DNA from: Lingula anatina | Lineage: Eukaryota > Animalia > Brachiopoda | NCBI GenBank assembly: GCA_051362555.1 | Contig: JBPQGU010000016.1 | Span: 496,001-560,000, forward strand | Direction: 5' to 3' | Length of the DNA: 64,000 nucleotides | Shown: positions 47,901 to 58,529 of the stretch, one piece after another | Layout of the letters: the number at the start of each line of letters is the position of its first letter | Numbering within the stretch: position 1 is the first letter of the stretch | The notes under the pieces: model-generated | What the model saw: only the letters and a program-made list of their open reading frames with translations | Database searches by the model: none | What the model was told of the DNA's origin: nothing | Program-made: the position numbers and the translations under genes

Positions 47901-49863
47901 GAAACTTGTCTCCCTTTCTGTCCTGGTGTAATAAATCGAGTAATAAAAATCTAATCATACAAGACAGATAAATAACTATAAGTAAATAACATCTCCATTA
48001 TGATTACTTTTCACTATTATTTCACTATTATATATATTAATAATACCACAAAGTAATCTTCACAAGAGTTGATGACATAAACAGCGCTATGCATGCATTG
48101 TCTCAGGACAGACAAAAAAAAAAAAAAAACATAGTCCAACAGCATTCCAGATCCAACTTTGAATTTCTGGGAAACGTAAAAAAAAAAAAAAAAAAAAATT
48201 CTGCATATGATGCTATGAGACAGTTGAACTCCACCTGCTTTGTGTGGTGTGGAATCATGGGAGTTCTGGACAGGGTCATTTTGGGGGGAGAGTATCGCTG
48301 GATTTTCGGCCCAAACCTTCCTCCTCCTGTCTTCCTGTACGGACTTGGCACTGGCCGTCTTGACTGAACCTGGAGCCATAAATGAATAAATAAATAAATA
48401 AATAAATAAATGGAAATATACAGAATTAAATGACCAAAAAAATAATAAAAAAACTAATGACCAAGATAATTAATAAACAATCATCGTCATATTTACCAAC
48501 ACTACCACCATAATTTATCTTTAAGTGCTTGACTCAAAAATGCTGAAAACTTTTCACAGTGGCCGGACATTTGAACTGGCAGTAATGAAAAATTTGCCGA
48601 ACTGAATGGATTTTTGTCTGCCCGAAAAATACCCTATTAGTTTGAGACAGATAGTACTGATAAGGTAGCTTACTAGTACTTTGTTTGTGAATGTGATAAG
48701 TTTGAAATGGGAGGGAAAAAACGCTTTGGGTTTTATATAATTTTATTAGGGGAGTATGTCAAATGATGACTCTAAATTCAAAAGTGTGGCTCTTAAAACA
48801 CTTGTCAGTCCTTTAGACCGATCACTAACAGTTTTTTACCGGTCCAGACAAATTTTCCCAGTCATGACCGATCGGACCGACAGTTTCTGCATGTCTGTTG
48901 ACTGAAATCCTCTACAAAGTCTTCCCTGCATCAGTAGCTGGCACAATAACACATCAGACTAATAGGAAGATTTAGTTCCTTACATTGACCTTAAGGTGTT
49001 TCCCTCTATAACCTTTGCCCTTCTTCTTGGACTTGTTGGACCTCTGAGCGCTGACCATGCGCTGAATGTGCGCTGTGGAGTCGTCAGCGACGGCGAAATA
49101 TGTCAGCTCACCATCTCGGTTACTAGAATAAATGTTTTTTATCACAACTTATGCTTTGAATACAATATGGTGCAAAACTTACTTCTTTGCTTCATTTTCT
49201 GCATGTCTTTCAATAGGTGACTAATCTGATCTTTTGTCCACTATAAATGTATTTTCTGTTTTAATCTAAAAATTATATCTTAAATTTTTAACTTATTTTT
49301 GGCTAAACTTAAATTGACTCTTGTTTGAATCTTTTAAGATGCATCAACATTTTGTTTTGAAATTATAATGAAATCCTGACCTATCTAATCTTTTCCTCTT
49401 CCTTCTCCCTCCCCTATCGATTTCACTTCCCTATTTCATCCCTCCTCAATTTCATCCCTCACCTTTCTTTTCCTATCACATTCACAACAGCAGACTAACT
49501 AGTCCTTGGATCAAATATGGCCGACCCTCTTGAATGCATCAGGAAAAAACATATTCAGCATTTATTAGGGGATTGGACGACAAGCTTTTATGAGGGTTGC
49601 CATATTAAATCTGCGGACGAGTTAGTCTGCTGTTGTGAATGAGGCCTTACTTACTGTCGAGCACTAACAACATCAGGCAATGTTCTCAGGAACTCCTCGG
49701 CAGTACAATATCCAAGCTTCTTGAAGGGCAGGGGGTCCCCTGTGATGCCGCGATATTCCCCAGGGAGTCTGGCAGCGACCACACCTTCTTTACTGCTCTG
49801 AAGAACTGCCCTCAGCATGGACTTGACACCATTCAGAATTTTTGCTTTCTCCTCTGGGTCCAT
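810..49863 (-). CDS. TDRD7: Tudor domain-containing protein 7-like (LOTUS/OST-HTH + dsRBD-like + 4 extended Tudor), 31 coding exons, ~1290 aa
   Basis: Manual exon chain in transcript order, all GT-AG and phase-compatible: 49863-49655, 49122-48984, 48369-48235, 47845-47695, 36535-36398, 35759-35688, 26007(or 26001)-25910, 18593-18460, 17797-17701, 16487-16444, 16079-15968, 15676-15566, 14388-14254, 13839-13767, 13071-12958, 12422-12322, 11961-11812, 11635-11537, 10827-10715, 10344-10230, 9816-9688, 9356-9237, 7557-7453, 7311-7201, 6138-6023, 5754-5468, 2902-2742, 2355-2287, 2003-1893, 1569-1452, 1018-810 (TGA). Total 3876 nt. The N-terminus VKSMLRAVLQSSKEGV...PFKKLGY and the second LOTUS NGLWNTRLPIEYK...W resemble TDRD7 as I recall it; Tudor WYR/VDYG motifs recur. 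Confidence 0.9.
1373..1426 (-). pseudogene. Diverged intronic copy of the 3' end of TDRD7 exon 30 with GTAAG donor
   Basis: Minus strand CATTTTAAGTGCATGCCTTTTCAAGTTACCAAAGCAAAGTTGTTGgtaag (HFKCMPFQVTKAKL) versus exon CACTTTAGATACATGCCATTCCAAGCTGTCAAGGCAAAATTAGCAGgtaaac (HFRYMPFQAVKAKL). Confidence 0.7.
1811..1846. repeat. (TC)n microsatellite
   Basis: Direct read. Confidence 0.95.
3209..5398 (-). mobile_element. Non-autonomous Helentron/HINE (DINE-1/pearl-like) element, family A copy 1, ~7 x 146-bp internal satellite
   Basis: Subterminal inverted repeats attgtaccaccagc / gctggtggtacaat. Terminal stem-loop tgtaccgccagcg-ctaa-cgctggtggtaca, 9-bp microsatellite (ccggcggag)n and central tandem array. 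The other end has palindrome gaggcg-atac-cgcctc and aactag (CTAG-TT on minus). No TSD. Confidence 0.85.
6023..9816 (-). CDS. TDRD7: TDRD7 coding exons 21-25: extended Tudor domain 3
   Basis: GYVSHIADSGSIYFQ...CAKYSGDGFWYRAKV...VEVLFVDYGNTEVV...LPFQAIECQL...GGSW. Confidence 0.9.
6269..6613 (+). mobile_element. TTAA-flanked ~340-bp MITE, family C (Kolobok/piggyBac-type target), copy 1
   Basis: ttaa-aggcataataactctt ... aagagttattattgct-ttaa; near-identical copies elsewhere in the window. Confidence 0.85.
6830..7224. repeat. Tandem array, ~9.6 x 41 bp, spanning the exon 24 / intron 24 boundary of TDRD7
   Basis: Unit cttcagtgtgaccagtctatcaggagagacacctgtcttac recurs every 41 nt from 6832 to 7201. 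Confidence 0.97.
7951..9314. repeat. Tandem array, 17 x 80 bp, made of the last 78 nt of TDRD7 exon 22 plus the GT donor
   Basis: Unit tcttacctgtctcccagtctgctgtgtggtgaccttagctctgtaccagaatccatccccagagtacttggcacacacta recurs at 7951, 8031 ... 9231 with a few substitutions. Confidence 0.97.
10230..12422 (-). CDS. TDRD7: TDRD7 coding exons 16-20: extended Tudor domain 2
   Basis: WDVYVTHV...VIRLVGPEYS/EKLEQLE...DGWHRVRV...VECILVDHGDTETV...YQAVSCSLEGL...LFDTSGAEDVNLN...LTPKLP. Confidence 0.88.
10949..11293 (+). mobile_element. Family C MITE copy 2
   Basis: Almost identical to 6269-6613. Confidence 0.85.
12958..16487 (-). CDS. TDRD7: TDRD7 coding exons 10-15: extended Tudor domain 1
   Basis: VCVTHVKSCQQFFV...CLCKYQDGNWYRAQV...VTVYYVDFGNMDTV...EPAQAIRCCISGLEP...LVQKGVA over six phase-compatible exons. 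Confidence 0.88.
13411..13750. mobile_element. MITE with short TIRs (hAT-like termini)
   Basis: caggggcgtaaccag ... ctagttacgcccatg. Confidence 0.55.
14001..14128 (-). pseudogene. Two intronic copies of the 3' end of TDRD7 exon 13 (one near-identical with donor, one diverged)
   Basis: 14066-14128 matches 14244-14307 including ttagacttac. 14001-14050 reads TIEPAQTNRCSISELE versus the exon's TSEPAQAIRCCISGLE. Confidence 0.85.
14920..15401 (+). mobile_element. Family D ~165-bp MITE (CAGGGG termini, hAT-like), interrupted by family C
   Basis: caggggcagat ... atccgcccctg; related copies at 35900-36063 and 26181-26352. Confidence 0.7.
15033..15349 (-). mobile_element. Family C MITE copy 3 (inverted), nested in a family D MITE
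   Basis: Reverse complement of family C, with TTAA on both sides. Confidence 0.85.
16797..17465. mobile_element. Non-autonomous DNA transposon, ~77-bp TIRs, 8-bp TSD (hAT-like)
   Basis: caccctgagcttcagagataacttgacacc...gac at left, its reverse complement at right; TSD gaatgaaa at 16789-16796 and 17466-17473. Confidence 0.9.
17701..26007 (-). CDS. TDRD7: TDRD7 coding exons 7-9: second LOTUS domain
   Basis: ...EEILKSRVRQ / IMEGRKNGLWNTRLPIEYKQQFNEAPPPDLMDRVQSWTDCVKVE / SVVGTDRKILYP across 26007-25910, 18593-18460 and 17797-17701. Confidence 0.85.
18211..18423. mobile_element. MITE with imperfect TIRs; its right half is also at 14129-14243
   Basis: ccccatttccatagatt...agatcgaccta versus tagatcgatctaaaatctatgggaatgg. 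18308-18423 aligns to 14129-14243. Confidence 0.65.
18641..18698. repeat. (AG)n microsatellite
   Basis: Direct read. Confidence 0.95.
20205..21482. mobile_element. Non-autonomous Tc1/mariner-type element, TA TSD
   Basis: ta-ctctgaagtgccaaataa ... ttattcggcacttcagag-ta; subterminal repeats ggcac(a/t)gttatt. No transposase ORF. Confidence 0.75.
23302..23447. mobile_element. Short MITE
   Basis: tcagggatgag ... ctcatccctga inverted termini. Confidence 0.5.
24208..25267 (+). CDS. BTB/POZ domain protein (BATH/SPOP-like BTB + short BACK-like helices + coiled coil), 2 coding exons, ~262 aa, nested antisense in TDRD7 intron 7
   Basis: Exon 24208-24475 (ccATGG; SDVTLIVQGEPLYVHKVYLAEWSPVWRAMF...FRE...IELPGK...LLHCIYP), then G|gtgggt...ttttag|AG, then exon 24747-25267 (EENVHFLLELAEEYQIEKIKQRCEVFL...LLLAQRYCLDKL). 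789 nt, in frame, ends TAA. Confidence 0.9.
26181..26352 (+). mobile_element. Family D MITE, degenerate
   Basis: Shares gatattttctgaca...tcttcc...gactgtcttccggaag with 35900-36063. Confidence 0.55.
26591..26775 (-). mobile_element. Short Helentron/HINE-like element, family E
   Basis: aactag + palindrome gcactc-cga-gagtgc + subTIR acctctgccaagg ... ccttggcagaggtaa. A degenerate relative lies on the + strand at ~56563-56725. Confidence 0.7.
26825..26906. repeat. (TA)n microsatellite
   Basis: Direct read. Confidence 0.95.
29448..33202 (-). mobile_element. HINE family A copy 2, 10 x 146-bp array, with nested MITE and ~817-bp tandem duplication of its right end
   Basis: Same termini as 3209-5398. 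31538-32354 is repeated at 32355-33200. Confidence 0.85.
31331..31622. mobile_element. 292-bp MITE with TAC...GTA termini and 6-bp TSD (IS3EU-like)
   Basis: TIR tacggaagccgactggtgccatatgt; TSD catttt at 31325-31330 and 31623-31628; empty site visible in other family A copies; 5 internal palindromic units. Confidence 0.85.
35238..35579 (+). mobile_element. Family C MITE copy 4
   Basis: ttaaagggataataactctt ... aagttattatccctttaa. Confidence 0.85.
35688..36535 (-). CDS. TDRD7: TDRD7 coding exons 5-6: double-stranded RNA-binding-motif-like domain
   Basis: Spliced product VFVNYKSALYEYAAKTKKSVYYNKTDSTKVGFVSSLCLEGVVYGSE-DGYKSMKEAEQAAAMNACHALG has the dsRBD alpha1 (YKSxLxEY), F-x-S-x-hydrophobic beta strands and the KxAEQxAA alpha2 signature. 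Both exons are phase 1-1. Confidence 0.8.
35900..36063 (+). mobile_element. Family D MITE
   Basis: caggggtggat ... atccgcccctg. Confidence 0.7.
36554..38587 (-). mobile_element. HINE family B with 161-bp internal satellite
   Basis: Right end: (GAC/GGC)n microsatellite and hairpin tatgtacagacaca-tc-tgtgtctgtacata. Left end: aacaag, hairpin ggcagc-aaa-gctgtc, subTIR atgtacagaca. 161-bp monomers over ~37700-38480. Confidence 0.75.
38866..47425 (+). mobile_element. Family C MITE copy 5, split into 38866-38923 and 47139-47425 by HINE A copy 3
   Basis: The two halves join colinearly with intact copies. Confidence 0.85.
38924..47138 (-). mobile_element. HINE family A copy 3 expanded to 8.2 kb by a higher-order repeat; inserted inside a TTAA MITE
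   Basis: Same termini. Eight copies of a ~330-bp segment alternate with variable numbers of 146-bp monomers. The flanks rejoin as ttgtgaa|taactcatag of family C. Confidence 0.88.
47695..48369 (-). CDS. TDRD7: TDRD7 coding exons 3-4: low-complexity basic/Ser-Pro linker
   Basis: Exons 48369-48235 (VQSRRPVPSPYRKTGGGRFGPK...) and 47845-47695 (MAPARNSSSSFEVPPRFQK...) have good AG/GT sites and keep frame. Confidence 0.75.
48984..49863 (-). CDS. TDRD7: TDRD7 coding exons 1-2: N-terminal extended LOTUS (OST-HTH) domain
   Basis: MDPEEKAKILNGVKSMLRAVLQSSKEGVVAARLPGEYRGITGDPLPFKKLGYCTAEEFLRTLPDVVSARH / NRDGELTYFAVADDSTAHIQRMVSAQRS. The phase-2 junction 49655/49122 restores the C-terminal extension helix typical of Vasa-binding eLOTUS domains. 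Confidence 0.92.
49479..49646. mobile_element. Short MITE (PIF/Harbinger-like right end ggcc-tta)
   Basis: cattcacaacagcagactaact.gtcc ... ggac.agttagtctgctgttgtgaatg inverted repeat. Confidence 0.65.
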
Positions 49864-50229
49864 TTTGAATATGGACTAGTGTAACTTTTAAGGATGTATA
49901 TAGATCTTTAGAACACACCCTAGCAGTTGTTGACTTTATAATTTTAGTGTAAAATGTATTGTAAATCTATATTGGTTGCTTAACTCAATTGCAAATTACC
50001 GTGAATATAATTAAGACTGCACTACATGCATGGAAATTTTCAATGTTTGTGGGAAGATATAAACTTGGTATATTGCAGCAAAGCAAATTACACATACATG
50101 CAATTAACAGTCCTACTGCAGCTGCATGGGCAGTGAATCTGGAAGTTTGGAGAGATCAGGCAAATTCTGCGCTTCTAATATGCACCCTCTGTGAGAAAAT
50201 AACACGGGAATGCATCATACCTTAAGACA

Positions 50230-50620
50230 TTCGGATTTACCTGTAAACAACTTCAACTTTAAGTGGACACATAAGAGTGACAACCAGTGGCCAAGCACTC
50301 TGCGCACGTGAAATAAAATCAGGTCAAACTGGCGAAAAAGGGTCTAAAATAGCATGTAGGCCAAGTTTGCAAAAGGTTTATTTGTGAATGGATAGGCTAT
50401 ACGCTTAATTATACCATACGATTGCGTATTTATGCATTTAGTAGTTTATTTTATTTGACACGTATTTTTATTTGACCCACATAGTAAAAAAATTAATCCA
50501 AAAAGAACGCCTTTTGAACCCAGCATGCATTTCGATGCGGAGGCTTCCGGTCAAGACGACGTACAGCTTTCACCTGGTATTTTTTATCGATTGATAGCTA
50601 AAATATAGTAAGGTAAAGTG
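50230..50620. promoter_or_regulatory. Candidate TDRD7 promoter / non-coding first exon, possibly bidirectional
   Basis: Locally CpG-richer; minus-strand donor CAG|gtaaat at 50241/50240; ETS-like cttccgg at ~50544; plus-strand donor AAG|gtaaag at ~50612. Confidence 0.35.
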
Positions 50621-50659
50621 TATTTACATGAATTTATAAGGTTATTTCACAATTATAAT

Positions 50660-50765
<106 letters not shown>

Positions 50766-53700
50766 GGCAATATTCGACGTTCAAAATGCATGTTGCGAAT
50801 TGGAATGTAAAATTATATGTGCAGAGTCAGACTCAAGGGAAGAAACGATATAATATCTCTTATCTGACCCCATAAGATAGTTATTTGGTACATTATTTAT
50901 GGATTTTAGATTACATAGTACATTCAAAACTTATCACCATTTAGTAATACAATTTCCACTCAGTGACCTCAACTTACCAGGTTGTATTGATAATATATAA
51001 CTTATAACAGTGAGGTAACATGAAATAAGTAGTGAGTCAGTCTATACCTACTGAAAAGAACCATACAGTATCAGATGTAAAATCAGGACTATATGGTAAA
51101 ATGAACCATGGCAGTGTTAGATATGTTCTTCAAAATAACCAAAGTAAGTAGCTGGAGTCCGGAGGCATTGACATTCTTTTTCAGGACGATTATATTTAAG
51201 GTGCCATAGAAAGACAAATAATGCAGGGACAGGGGCGTCTCGATAGTCTGAGGCTTCATTGGTCTGAAAAATGGTGACATTATGATTTTTATCGGTTTTT
51301 TAATCAAGGGATCATTGGTCTGAGGGTTCTATGGTGAACATTTCAACCAAAGAACTTTTGGATAAGATACGAGTCCATCTCTGGAGGGACATAGAACTAG
51401 AATTGAGACGTGACACTGCTTGTCTTGTATACGCCCATTTTTCAAACAGTATTAAACTGCTACTTTATCTTTTCCAGTTCATTTGTTTAATCTCTGCTTA
51501 GATTGTGTGTGTATTTTATCAATGTGCTCTGTATTGACAAGTGGAAGCTTGTGTAATGAAGTAACCAAGATATTTGATACAAGCCAAAACCCACAAAACG
51601 GTATATATATATATATATATATATATCTACTGTAAATGTCATTAAATGTGTTCAACTTTCACTGTGGCTTTGCACTGTAAATGCTGGTTTGCATGAATTT
51701 CTAGGTCTTTGAAGATGCATTGTAAAAGTCTAGTTCTCACATACTCCCCTTTATTACTCTTCTGTGTGGTTTACGATTAATTTAGAAGAATGTGCCTAGC
51801 TTGTTTTTGGCTTCTACTAAGATCGACTGTAGATGTTCTCACCTTTCTGGGAAATGGCTAATTGTGGGGACCTTAATTACTGGATATTCAAGGTCTCATG
51901 CTTGGGTTAATGAAAAAAATATTAAAAAGAATAAAAAAAGTAAAAGATAAACCCATAATAAGATAAGTATTATTCAAGTAAACAAAGACTGCTGATGAAG
52001 GCTGTGTGTACTTTTTCAAAGTGTAAATGTTCATGAGACACTCCAAGCCCATGCTGGACAGAAAGGATTTTTTTTTAGTTCAAGTACATGCTTAAGTAGT
52101 GAAAACGGTATAGTAAATGAAAAACAGCTTGAAATTGAAGACTTTGCTCCTGGGGTGCTGTGATGAAAACAATTTTCCCTTCAAGCTAGTACTTGCACTA
52201 TGGCATTTCCACCTGGGCCCCACTATGTACAGATCATGTCTGAAGTCTAAGATTGGTTACAGAAAAGACTGCTGTGAACTGAATCACTAGTAAGTCAACT
52301 AAGTGGCATTTTACAAAGAATGTAAAAAGCTATTTACCTCTTGTCTTTTAACTCACTTCCTACAGCAAACTTTGCTGGTCTTGACAATGATTTTTCCCTC
52401 AGAGGAGTGAGTAACCCATTTAGATATGTCAACTACATTTATTGTAGGCCATTGGTTTATATAGTGCTATAAGATCAATATTGTCTAGTTGACTTTACGT
52501 AATTATCTATTTGATTTTTTGCAGTCTCAGCTTGGTTAGGTTAAAAACTTAAAAACACTTTTTAAGATGGAGGACCTTGTGTCAGAAGCTGAAATGTTAA
52601 CCAAAGGCCTGTTTGATGAATAGGTTACACCTAAATGGATGTTGTTGGAAACTGAACTAAAATGCACAAGTTTATATTCCAACACAGTGTCAGCACTTAC
52701 ACTTTGAATTTGGTCCATGGGTATCAAAAAGGCTCTTTGAATTTTTTGACTTGGAACTTTTTGTCTTAAAAACAGATTTAGCAATATTGAATTCTGTGAG
52801 AGCATTCACAACATATTTCATCTGCAGACTACTAGTACTAGTAGCAGGTCCCCAGATCTAACCCACTTAAAAGCTTGCCACATAATCCCTTAATAAATGC
52901 TGAAAAGATTCCCTGTGAGGATTACCAGGTAAGCTTTTTAGTAAATAGCATACAAGACTACTGTAGGTATGTGAAGTGACCTTTGTTATCTATGATACAT
53001 CTATCCTAACAATGACATCTGATTAAAAAAAAAATGGTCATAATTTGCTGAATTAAATTTTAGTTTTAAAAAGCACTTGTCTAAAATTCACTGTGAATGC
53101 AGAGAGCTCAATGTTTAGATTTGTGCTACTTTGTGTTAAATGCCCTATGTTATAGAATTGTGCTACTGAGTCAGAGTTTGATGCTATGTAGTTATATGAA
53201 TCCAAAATACTGATATTTGATACAGCTCAGGGACTGTTCTAGTTGCTGTAAATAGTGAGATAGCATTACAAAGCCATCATTATTCAACAAAAGAGATTTA
53301 CCGACTACACATTGTGATGGATAAGGTGGGATCAGGCAATGATATGACTATGGTAACAGCTCAGTCATTTCAACGGGGAAAATTGTGAATTTTACAGATA
53401 CTGTATTTTTTTTAATAATAAATTCTTAAAATTAGAACATTCCAATGAGTGATAGCAAAACAGTTGTAGAGCATATTACCTAGTTCTATTCTATACAACA
53501 GAATCACCAAAATGCTTCATAGCAATGTATTTTTAATGATTCCAAAATTACGTACCTAAAAAGTTGATAATTTTACCCAGTCGAAATGATCAAGCCATTA
53601 CCGTATGAATAATAATTGACAAAAGTCATGGAATTGAAGTCAACAGGGTGCAGTCAATTGGAATTTTTTTCTCTCACCAAGTTTGACCAGGGAAACTACT

Positions 53701-53856
53701 GCACCTTAATAAATGCTGAAAGTTATAGAATGTATTTGGTAAAGGGCACTATCAAAGCACTTTGCAAGCTCATGATATATAAAGTAGATGTGTGCAGTGT
53801 TGAAGTACATTATTTTAAGTATAAATTCTTAAAATTAGAACATTTTCTGTACCAAT

Positions 53857-54060
53857 GCAGATACTATTATGTATGCACTGTCTAAGTACATTTTCTTTAC
53901 TACTCAAACAGATGTGTATGCACTGTCAAAGTTCATTTTCTGTATCAACTGAAGCAATTGTATTATATATGTATGCTCTGTCAGAGTGCATTTTCTTTAC
54001 TACCAAAGCAGATGTGTATACACTGTCAGAGTACAATTTCTCTACCAAAGCAGATAGTAA
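53857..54060. repeat. Degenerate ~45-55-bp tandem repeat, ~4 copies
   Basis: gcagatgtgtatgcactgtcagagtacattttctttactaccaaa-like units. Confidence 0.6.
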
Positions 54061-54395
54061 CACAGATAGCAATGGCTACAGTAGTTGGTAAACATGTACA
54101 ATATCTGCCTGGGTTTAATTGATATGATCCAGGGATGCTATGATGTGCATTTAATGGGGAAGGTGATATATGATTATGTACTAGTATCTGTCTCTGTACA
54201 CATATTATGTGTGTGTCAGGGGGGGGGGGGGGGGGAGAGAGAAAGAGAGTTGCTTTGAAATAGCAGATGAGTCACTAAATGTGCACAGCAAGAAAGAAAA
54301 AAAAATACAATTTCTCTTTACTTTTTATACTATTAATTCTCAATTTTAGATAATTCTTTTAACTTTGTATTTTAAGTATTTGGATTTAAGAATCT

Positions 54396-54425
54396 AAATA
54401 AATAATAATAATAATAGTAATAACA

Positions 54426-54471
<46 letters not shown>

Positions 54472-54488
54472 GTAGTAGTATTATTATA
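54396..54488. repeat. (AAT)n/(TTA)n microsatellite
   Basis: Direct read. Confidence 0.9.
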
Positions 54489-57400
54489 TATGGATGCTCA
54501 TTAAAATAGTATACAATTTTTGGGACCAAAGCTCACAGTGCATTATATACATTATACCAGACAAAGAATTCTTTTAGTCTTGTTGTTGGATTTTATGTGA
54601 AACAAAGTGTGTTTGTTGAGTTTGGGATGTGATGATTTTAGTTTCAAAGTCCATTGATGACTTTGCTTTGAGTTTGAAGAAAAAAAAAAGAAGAAAAGTT
54701 TCTATTTTCTTCTATTACATATTTCATGGTTAATACAGCACAGAACAGCTTAATTCGAAAGACTTAAGAAATCTGCATTTTATGTAGGCAACTTGCTTTT
54801 TGTAAAAAAAAAAAGGATTTTATTAATTAGTAAAAATCCTGTACAGTCTCAGAGAATTCTGGAAGATGTTAAGGCATACTGATAATACAGGTCCTAGGAA
54901 GTTTATAGTAAACCTCGTAAACTTGGACTACACTTATGATGAACCAGACTAGATTAGGATCGAGATCAGTAATTCAGGAAATCCCAGAGATGTGCCCCTT
55001 ATATCTAGTAGTACTCTATGAAACACAGGGTGATGGGACCACAAGGAGATAAAGATACCCAGTATCATTGTAATGAATTGAATGGTAAGCTGAGAATATC
55101 TCCAGGGTGATTACGAAGACTGGTTCCCAGTTATCAGCGTAATTCAGGGTGATAGTGCAACAGTGTGATCACACATGAGCTTTTTTTGCGAAAATGCTGA
55201 ATTGCGCATTTTTTAAATTCAAGTCTGATGGTTTCTGTTAGGTTAGGTGTTGGTTCCCATAATAAATGTTCAGAGATTTTTTCCCCCTTTGTAAGCTAGG
55301 CTCATGTCATGTCTGGTGATCAACATGCCCATTGAATATCAATGGTGAGCAGAGACTGCCATTGTCCTCTAACTGAATAGAGCTTTCCAATCAATACAAA
55401 ATATTTCAAGGAAGAGGCAACTCTGATTTGAGCACTGCCATTGATTTTCCACTCCTGTATCTCTAGGAATGTCCTGCATGGCTGTGTTTTCAATTTCTGT
55501 GAATTTCCTGGACTTGGAAAGTACTACCAGTGTAGCAGTTTTCAGTATATAGGTCATATTCTGATGTTCACCGCATTGATCCTGTGTACAGGAAGTAACT
55601 TTGATCCTAGGAACAGGTAAATACCAACATTTTTTTTTTGTCTCTAAAGGGGCATTTGAAGTATATCTGTATTTTCATTTTTTTTTTTTTTAATTTTTGA
55701 AACTTAAAAAATCCCAATTGTGTTGCAGCTCTCAAAAAATAGTTTAATGCTCACTGCATTCTTTAATACCCAGTATGCCAGCAGTGATTTTGTTGCTAGG
55801 AGCAGTTTCTTTTCTTCTCTAAGCAGATTTTTCTTCTCTAAAAAGGTGTTAGTATATTTAAAAGGGGTAGTTGTGACAGTTTTGGAATTGACTGTGATGA
55901 CGTCGGTGGCAGTGGGCGGGACAACAGATCCTTTCCATGTAAAGATGATTACTGAGGATTTTATTTTTTTTCTTTTTAATTAGGCATGTTTTGGTTAAGA
56001 ACTGTCTCCCAGTGTGAGGTAATAAGTAATGTGAAAGTCAGAGAACCATGTGAATTTCCAATAATGCGTCTCTGGCAAGTGTGAAGTTGTGGTGAATGGC
56101 TGGTATTTTTCCATAAATTGGTCTCATGTAATATGGTAACATACAGTTTCAGCATGCTAGACAAATTTCAAAGAAAACATCGCTGGCGTGTGTGAATTTG
56201 TAATTTTTGTACTGTAGGCTAATACTGATGTTATATTTCTTCATCCTTCTTATGATTGGTAACATTAGGAGAGTCAGGAAGAAGAAATACCATTAAAAAT
56301 CTCAATATATCCTTCAGATAGACAAGAATTATATGACACAACCTAAACCAGTGGCAGTCCAAAAAAATAAAATGTCATATCAATTTTATAACAAGAAAGA
56401 ACTTTTCTGGAGTTTCAGATTACGAATTCATTTTGAAAAAACTTAAAGTGTTAAAATTTAGACCAGTTTGCAACCTGAAATTTTTTTTTATGAAGCCAAT
56501 ATTAGGTGTAGACTGCAACACTAAGTTACATTCAGTGAAGAAGTAGGCAGAGTAAGTGGGCAGTTAATTTCCTCCAGTAAGGTTATGTTTTGCTAGCCAC
56601 ATTTGTTTGTGGGTTTGTTTGTCGGTGTGCAGCTTTACACAAACATAATGAACACTGATGAAATTTTCAGGATAGATCACAAATGGGACAAAGAAAAAAA
56701 AAAAAGATTAATTTTTGGTGATGATTTAGTGGTAAAATAGAATTTATTATATTTCTGTCTGTTGTTTACAGTACTATGTGTATTTGTTGTGGAATTTTGA
56801 ATCTCACATGAAGAGTTGTTATCTGTTTTGGACCTTTTTTTTTTGTTTGTTAAGGCCTTTTTGTGAACTAGCTCTCAGTGGGTTGAGAAGTTAAAGGAGC
56901 AGACAGCAACAGTTCAGCCGTTCAAGAAAGAAGAACTGTATAGCCCTTAATCCCCAGTCTTAATTCAAGCAACAGGTAATCAGCGTTATTTCAAGGCAAA
57001 CGTCCCAGTCTGCTGCAAATGTGGAGCGTGTTGGTTATAGATAACAAGGGCCTGCTGTGGCAGTTTTCTTTGAAGTCACAAGAGGGTTTTTTTTTTACCC
57101 CACTTCTGTGGGGTTCCCAGGAATGAACATTCACTGTCAGCATGACTGTGTCATTCCAGGAATCTTTGAAACCCAGGGTAAAGATTGATAGATTTTTTTA
57201 GGGGGACTACGTTGGTTCAGCTATAACTGCAAGAGGACAGCTACGTAGTGTTGGCATGAGATTTTTCTTATTATTCAGACTTCTCTATTCTTTAGGGAAT
57301 ATATTGGAAAAACAGCTCAACCGGAAATTTCAGACAGTTTCAGACATTTTCTGAAAGTTTTCTTCAAGGTCGAAGACTGGGGAGTCCCATTTATGCTTTG

Positions 57401-57729
57401 TGGAGGGGGATGGGTGGTGTCAAAAAACGGGGGCTGGGGTTGGTGGGGGGGGGGGGGGAGTAGAGCAGAATTTACCAGTTGCTTTGTGGTCACCTTTCTT
57501 GATTCTGAAAGGGCGAGGTTTTTGTCAGACAAGTTGTGAGGTTCAATGATGATAGTTGTATGAAAAGGTTCTAATTGGAACTGTAAAAACAGTGTCATTG
57601 AAGACTTCTAATAAAAGTGTTAAAAAATTGAGGTATGGCAAAATAGCAAGTGTGTATGTGGATAAACAAAAAGCCATGTATTTTACACGCACTCACATGT
57701 AACAAACATCCTCTCTTTCTTCCTCTCTG

Positions 57730-57768
<39 letters not shown>

Positions 57769-58489
57769 TCCAAGTTGACTCAAAGATTAAAAGTGAAATT
57801 TTATATTGGGTAGAGTAAATAAATTCAAATATCTAAAGAGTAAACTCCTAGACTGTTTTCTACAGTATTAGAGAACACACAGCTTGTTATTTCACACCTA
57901 CGAGTCATAACACCTGTCTGTGTTAACGAGGTTACCCTACACTGTTGTTAATACACCCTCAGAAAACCTGATCTGCTTAATAACTTATTTTGCTCGAGTG
58001 GTAAAATTTCAGGAATTTTTTTTTCTATTTTCTCGATTGATATACTTAATTTGTTTTGATACTAGTGATGAAAACTTGACATTCTGATCATGTTGATTTT
58101 AGTCTCATCCCAGAAAAAAAAAGACAGATAATCACAGAAATCAATATTTAACCAAGTGAGAGGTTAGATGTCCTGAATTTTAATAAGCACTGCCTCACCT
58201 TACAGTGTTTATTATTTCATTCTGCTTTGGTGGATTTCTGAGAATTTCTTGCAGTGGTTGTGCAGGGGTTGTTTTAATCTTCTTTTCCTATCTTGGTGTA
58301 CGTGGACCTGCGGTTTCCATGCTATTGTATCTATTCATAAAACTGGTTTAGAAAAATACAGCCCGTGTTTCAGAGTCTACATTCGTACTCAGACTCTTTA
58401 GCTGATTTACCTACTAGTAATGAGTGAATGGATTTGTATATATTAAACCCATGTGACATTGCAGTGTCTTTACAATCCCTTTCTATGGA

Positions 58490-58491
<2 letters not shown>

Positions 58492-58529
<38 letters not shown>

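Noticed and set aside
810-49863. Alternative naming as TDRD5, TDRD1/6/15 or Oskar
   Set aside because: TDRD5 has a single Tudor, TDRD1/6/15 lack LOTUS, and Oskar lacks Tudor; LOTUS plus multiple Tudors with these LOTUS motifs fits TDRD7.
52567-52623. ORF MEDLVSEAEMLTKGLFDE after an acceptor-like site
   Set aside because: Only 18 codons with no continuation; at most a uORF.
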